Assembly (NCBI GenBank): GCA_030765125.1
Contig: JAVCDD010000180.1
Location: 7,033 to 71,032 of the forward strand
Length of the DNA stretch: 64,000 nucleotides
Direction: 5' to 3'
Origin: Candidatus Hatepunaea meridiana
Lineage (GTDB): Bacteria; Electryoneota; AABM5-125-24; Hatepunaeales; Hatepunaeaceae
Within the stretch, counting starts at the first letter, position 1. Every line of letters starts with the position of its first letter. The position numbers and the translations under genes are program-made. The notes under the pieces are model-generated. The model was not told the origin of the DNA. It made no database searches and saw only the letters and a program-made list of their open reading frames with translations. Of the stretch, positions 12,001 to 18,000 are shown piece by piece.

Positions 12001-15000
12001 CCACCGGCTTGATCTGCAAGATAAGCGTAGTCACCTGAAACGTAAACTGAAAAAGCTTGACCGGGTGTGTCGAACGCTCCAATCTCATCGGGATCATCGG
12101 GGTTGGAGACATCAATTATACGCAGACCGCTGGCGCCGTCTGCAACGTAGGCAAGATTGTCTTTGTAATAAACAGCATACGCGGCACCCGGGGTGTCGAA
12201 GGTTCCGACCTCATTGGGATTTTCGGGGTCTGAGATGTCGATTATGCGCAGTCCGCTGGCAGCGTCCGCAACGTAAGCATACGAACCAGCAACGTCTATG
12301 CCGGTTGCTTCACCGGGGGTGTCGTAGGAACCGACAGCCTGCGGTTGACCGGGGTCGGATACGTCGACAATCTGCATACCTTCCCAGTAGTCAGCTATGT
12401 AAGCCAGCCCTCGCGAGACGTAGACGCCTTCGGACATTCCGGGCGTTTCGTAATGACCTACCTGCCGGATCTGCGGACCGGTTCCGATGCCGGTTAAATC
12501 AACTTCAATCTCCTCGTTTTGAGGGTCGTTGGAGGTGATGGTCAGTGTGCCAGCGTAATCGATTGTTTCTACAGGTGTAAATGTTACGGTCTGTTCGATG
12601 CTGTTGTCGGGTTCTATGGTGATTTCGTCCTCAAATACGGTTTGGAATACTTCGTCACCCTGAATGGTAATATCAGTGATGATAAGATCCTCATTTCCTA
12701 CATTGGTGATGGTGAGGATAAGATCGCGGTCAATGTCAATGGCAGACTCGCCGAAGTCGAGCGCACCCGGTGAGATCCTGATAGTCGGAGGCTGGGGTTG
12801 CTGTTGGTAGTAGAATGCGCCCATATCGGCACGTGTTTCATCGCTATCCTGGGGCGAGTTCGGATCACCGACGTCTATACAGGGGGAGTCTTCGGTCAGT
12901 TGGAAATCATCATTGTCAAAGTCGGCAAATAAGGGATCCTGATCGATGTTGCCGGCGCCGTTATAACCACCCTGAACGTCAGAATAGGTAATGGTTTGTC
13001 CACCAGGAAGCGCTGCCGGGGTGTTTCCCCAGAATATCGAGTTGACTGCCTGTGTTTGAGCGCCACCCCCTCCAACACCTATTCCGCCGTTACCGCCATC
13101 GGCGTCGTTGTTGGTGAATGTTATGTTATTCAGGAGCGGTTGCGCACCAGTGGTGACATAGATGCCTGCACCTCGTCCGCTGACGTGATTGCCTGTTATC
13201 AATAGATGATGCAATGTAGGATTAGCGCCACGGATGTAAGAGCCGCCGCCGAAGTCGGTATCTGCATTGCGGATTGTGAAGCCTGCGAGGACAGCTTCGT
13301 TTGTCTCACCGTTGCGGAAGACCGTTACGCTTCTGCCGTTGGCGTCACCGTCGATAATGGTCGAAGCGATGTAATCAGGATCACCGGTTGTGATATAGAG
13401 GCTGCCAACGACGATATTCTTACCAATAAAGTCAATGATCTCAGTATAGGTTTCAGGTTGAACCAGTACTGTGTCACCGTCAGCAGCGTTGTCGATTGCT
13501 TCCTGGATGGTGTCGTAGTCGTCCGGAACGTTGATTATAAAATCTCGTCCCGATCCGGAAAGAGCTACTGCGAGATCCTCGTTCTCAGGATCGTCAGATG
13601 CTATGGTAAGTGTTCCAACGAAATCATCAATGTCATCCGGTGAGAAGGTTACGGTTAATTCGCGACTTTCATTCGGTTGGATGACGATCTCATTCTCGAA
13701 ATCGCTGATGAAGTTGTCCCCTTCAATAGTTATATCGGATATAGTCAGATCACCGAAACCGGTGTTGCTGATAGTGAGTATCAGGTCTGCTTCGTCGTCA
13801 ATCGGAACAGCACCGAAGTCCAGGGCATCCGGAGATACGTCAATAGCGGGGATCGCTTCGACACCGATTCCGGTCAGGTTCACATCCAGGTTCTCGTTAT
13901 CCGGATCGTTAGATGTGATTACAAGCGTGCCGGCGAGATCACCGGTATCATCCGGCTGGAAGGTGACAGTTACATCAGAAGTGTTGCCCGGTTCGATGAC
14001 CACTTCATTCTCGAAATCTGAACTGAATATGTCTCCTTCAATAGTAATATCCGAGACATTCAGGTTTTCACGTCCTCTATTTCGGATGGTTAGAATCAGA
14101 TCGGCGCTCTGGTCGACTACTACCTCAGCAAAGTCAAGCGCTTCAGGAGAAACAACGATGCTCGGTCCCTCTGCCTGGAATAACGGGAATGTTCCCATAT
14201 CGGCGCGTGTGCCGTCCGGGTCTTCGGGTGCATCAGGATTGCCTGTATCTTTACAGGGGCTGTCATCGGTCAGGTGAAAATCATCATTGTCGGGATCAAC
14301 GAACAATGGATCTGTATCTATGTTGCCTCTGCCGTTATAACCGCCCTGGATATCAGAGAATGTGATCGTCTGGTTGGCGGGAATATCTGGTGGGGCATTA
14401 TCCCAGAATATGGAGTTTACAATAGTAACCACTGATCCACCGAAAACATCCAGAACACCGTTGTTTTGCTCAGAATCATTGCGGGTCAGGGTAACGTTTG
14501 TCATCGTAGGACTACCGCCGCCATAGGCAATTATCGCACCGCCCCATCTTACGGTATGGTTATCGGTGATCAATAAATGATCCAGTATCGGGCTGCCGCC
14601 ATTACAGAGTATTCCCCCTCCGAAATCAGCGGCGCCGTTGCGAATTGTAAAACCGGACAGGATGGAATTCACTGTCTCACCGTTGGCAAAGGTTACAACG
14701 CTAGTGTTATTAGCATCGCCATCGATTATGGTTGATTCAACGTAATCCGCATCACCTGTAGTAATAAACAGGCTGCCTACAATGATTTCCTTGCCGTTAA
14801 AGTTGATGTTTTCTGTGTATGTCCCGGGCGCTACCAAAACAGTATCCGTGTCGATGGCATTATCAATAGCTTCCTGTATAGTATCGAAATCATCAGGCAC
14901 ATCGTGTACATGATCGAGCGGTTCGATGCCAGTTCCAGTTAAAGCGACGTCAACTTCTTCTTCATTCGGGTCATCGGATGTAATAGTGAGCGTTCCCTGG

Positions 15001-18000
15001 TAATCTTCTATATCATCAGGTGCAAACGTTACCGTAACATCATAACTGTTGTCCGGTTCGATTACGATTTCATCTTCTTCGAAGTCGTGCGTGAAAACAT
15101 CACCTTCAATAGTGATGTCAGTTACGGTCAGATCGGTACGACCATTATTCCTGATTGTGAGCGACAGTTCAGCGCTCAATTCAAGCTCAACCTCTCCAAA
15201 GATAAGTTGAGCCGGTATTACCGATATGTTTGGCTCTTCCGGCAGCTCGAAGTAGAAGGCGCCCATATCATTGCGTGTTTCGTCAGGATCCTGTGGTGAA
15301 TTCGGATCACCTGCATTTATACAAGGGGAGTCTTCAGTTAATTGGAAATCATCATTATCAAAGTCGGCAAATAAGGGATCGGAATCAAGATTCCCTGCTC
15401 CGGCGTATCCACCCTGAACATCGGAATATGTAATAGTCTGACCGCCAGGAAGCGCTGCAGGTGTGTTTCCCCAGAATATCGAGTTGATTACCTGGGTTTG
15501 AGCGCCGCCCCCACCGACTCCGATTCCACCGTTGGCACCGTCGGCATCGTTGTTGGTGAATGTTATGTTATTCAGGAGCGGTTGTGCTCCGGTAGTGGCA
15601 TAAATCCCTGCGCCGCGTCCGCTGACATGGTTGGCGGTTATTAATAGGTGGTGCAATGTTGGACTGGCGTCACGGATGTATGAGCCGCCTCCGAAGTCGG
15701 TATCTGCATTGCGAATTGTGAAACCGGCAAGGACGGCTTCGTTTGTCTCGCCGTTGCGGAAGACCGTTACGCTTCTGCCGTTGGCGTCACCATCAATAAT
15801 GGTCGAAGCGATATAGTCGGGATCACCTGTGGTGATATACAAACTGCCGACAACGATGTTCTTGCCAATAAAGTCAATGATTTCAGTATAGGTCTCAGGT
15901 TGAACCAGCACCGTGTCGCCGTCAACAGCGTTGTCGATTGCTTCCTGAATGGTATCGTAGTCATCCGGAACATTGATTATGTAATCCCGTCCCGATCCTG
16001 AAAGAGCAACAGCGAGATCCTCGTTCTCCGGATCGTTAGATGCTATGGTTAACGTTCCATTAAAATCACCAACGTCATCCGGTGAGAAGGTCACATTTAA
16101 TTCATAGCTGTCATCCGGTTCGATTACAACCTCATTCTCGAAATCGCTGATGAAATTGTCACCTTCAATGGTTACATCGGATATAGTCAGATCACCGAAG
16201 CCGGTGTTGCTGATGGTTAGTATCAAGCCTGCCTCGTCGTCAACCGGAATTGCTCCAAAGTCCAGCGCATCCGGCAATACTACTATTGCAGGAATCGCTT
16301 CGACACCGATTCCGGTCAGGTTCACCTCCAGATCTTCATTGTCCGGATCGTTGGATGTGATTACAAGCGTACCAGCGAAATCTCCGGTAGCATTCGGCTG
16401 GAAGGTAACGATTACTTCAGAAGTGTTGCCTGGCTCGATGACTACTGCATTCTCAAAATTGCTGCGGAAGTTATCCCCCTCAATTGTTATATCGGATACC
16501 CTTAAGTCTTCACGTCCTCTATTTCGGATGGTGAGCGTCAGATCAGCGCCCTGGTCGACTACTACCTCAGCAAAGTCGAGAGCTTCAGGGGAAACAACGA
16601 TACTTGGTCCTTCAACCTGGAACAGCGGGAATGTTCCCATATCAGCGCGTGTGCCGTCCGGGTCTTCGGGTGCATCAGGATTGCCTGTGTCTTTACAGGG
16701 ACTGTCATCGGTCAGGTGAAAATCATCATTGTCGGGGTCAACGAACAATGGGTCTGTATCTATATTGCCTCTGCCGTTATAACCGCCCTGAATGTCGGAG
16801 AAGGTGATTGTTTGGTTAGCCGGTATATCAGGTGGGTCGTTATCCCAGAATATGGAGTTTACAATAGTAACCACTGATCCACCGAAAACATCCAGAGTGC
16901 CGCTATTTTGCTCGGAATCATTACCGGTCAGGGTAACGTTTCTCATCGTAGGACTACCGCCGCCATACGCAATTATCGCACCGCCCCATCTGACGGAATG
17001 GTTGTCGGTGATCAATAAATGATCCAGCATCGGGCTACCGCCATTACAGAGTATTCCCGCTCCGAAGTTAGCACCGCCATTGCGGATAGTAAAACCTGAC
17101 AGGACGGAATTCACTGTCTCACCGTTGGCAAAAGTTACTACGCTCGTGATATTCCCATCACCGTCAATAATTGTTGATTCGACGAAATCTGCATTACCTG
17201 TTGTAATAAATTGACTGCCGACGACGATTTCCTTGCCGCCAAAGTTGATGTTTTCAGTATAAGTTCCGGGCGCTACCAACACAGTATCCGTATCGATGGC
17301 GTTATCGATGGCTTCCTGAATGGTATCGTAGTCGTCGGGAACGTTGATCCTGAAACTTCTCCCGATTCCAGAAAGAGCGACAGCCAACTCTTCGTTCTCC
17401 GGATCATCTGATGCAATAGTAAGTGTCCCATTAAAATCACCTACGTCATCAGGAGAGAATGTAACCGTTAATTCATAACTGTCATCCGGTTCGATTACAA
17501 CCTCATTCTCAAAGTCGCTGCTGAAGTTATCGCCTTCAAAGGTAACGTCCGAAACGGTCAGGTCACCGAAACCCACGTTGGCGATAGTGAGTATCAGATC
17601 CGCATCGCCGTTAACCACTACCGCACCGAAGTCCAAAGCATCTGGAAATGGATCAATAGAAGGGATAGCTTCCACGCCGATTCCTGTCAGATTAACCTCC
17701 AATTCCTCGTTATCCGGATCATTGGATGTAATTACAAGCGTTCCGTTAAAATCACCTGTATCATCAGGCTGGAAAGTGACAGTTACTTCATAAGTGTTGC
17801 CCGGCTCGATGTCCACTTCATTATCAAAATCGCTTCTGAAGATGTTCCCCTCAATCGTTATATCAGATACATTTAAGTCTTCGCGTCCCCTGTTTCTGAT
17901 AGTGAGCGTTAGATCGGCACTCTGGTCGACTACAACCTCAGCAAAGTCAAGCGCTTCAGGAGAAACAACGATACTTGGTCCCTCTGCCTGGAATAGTGGG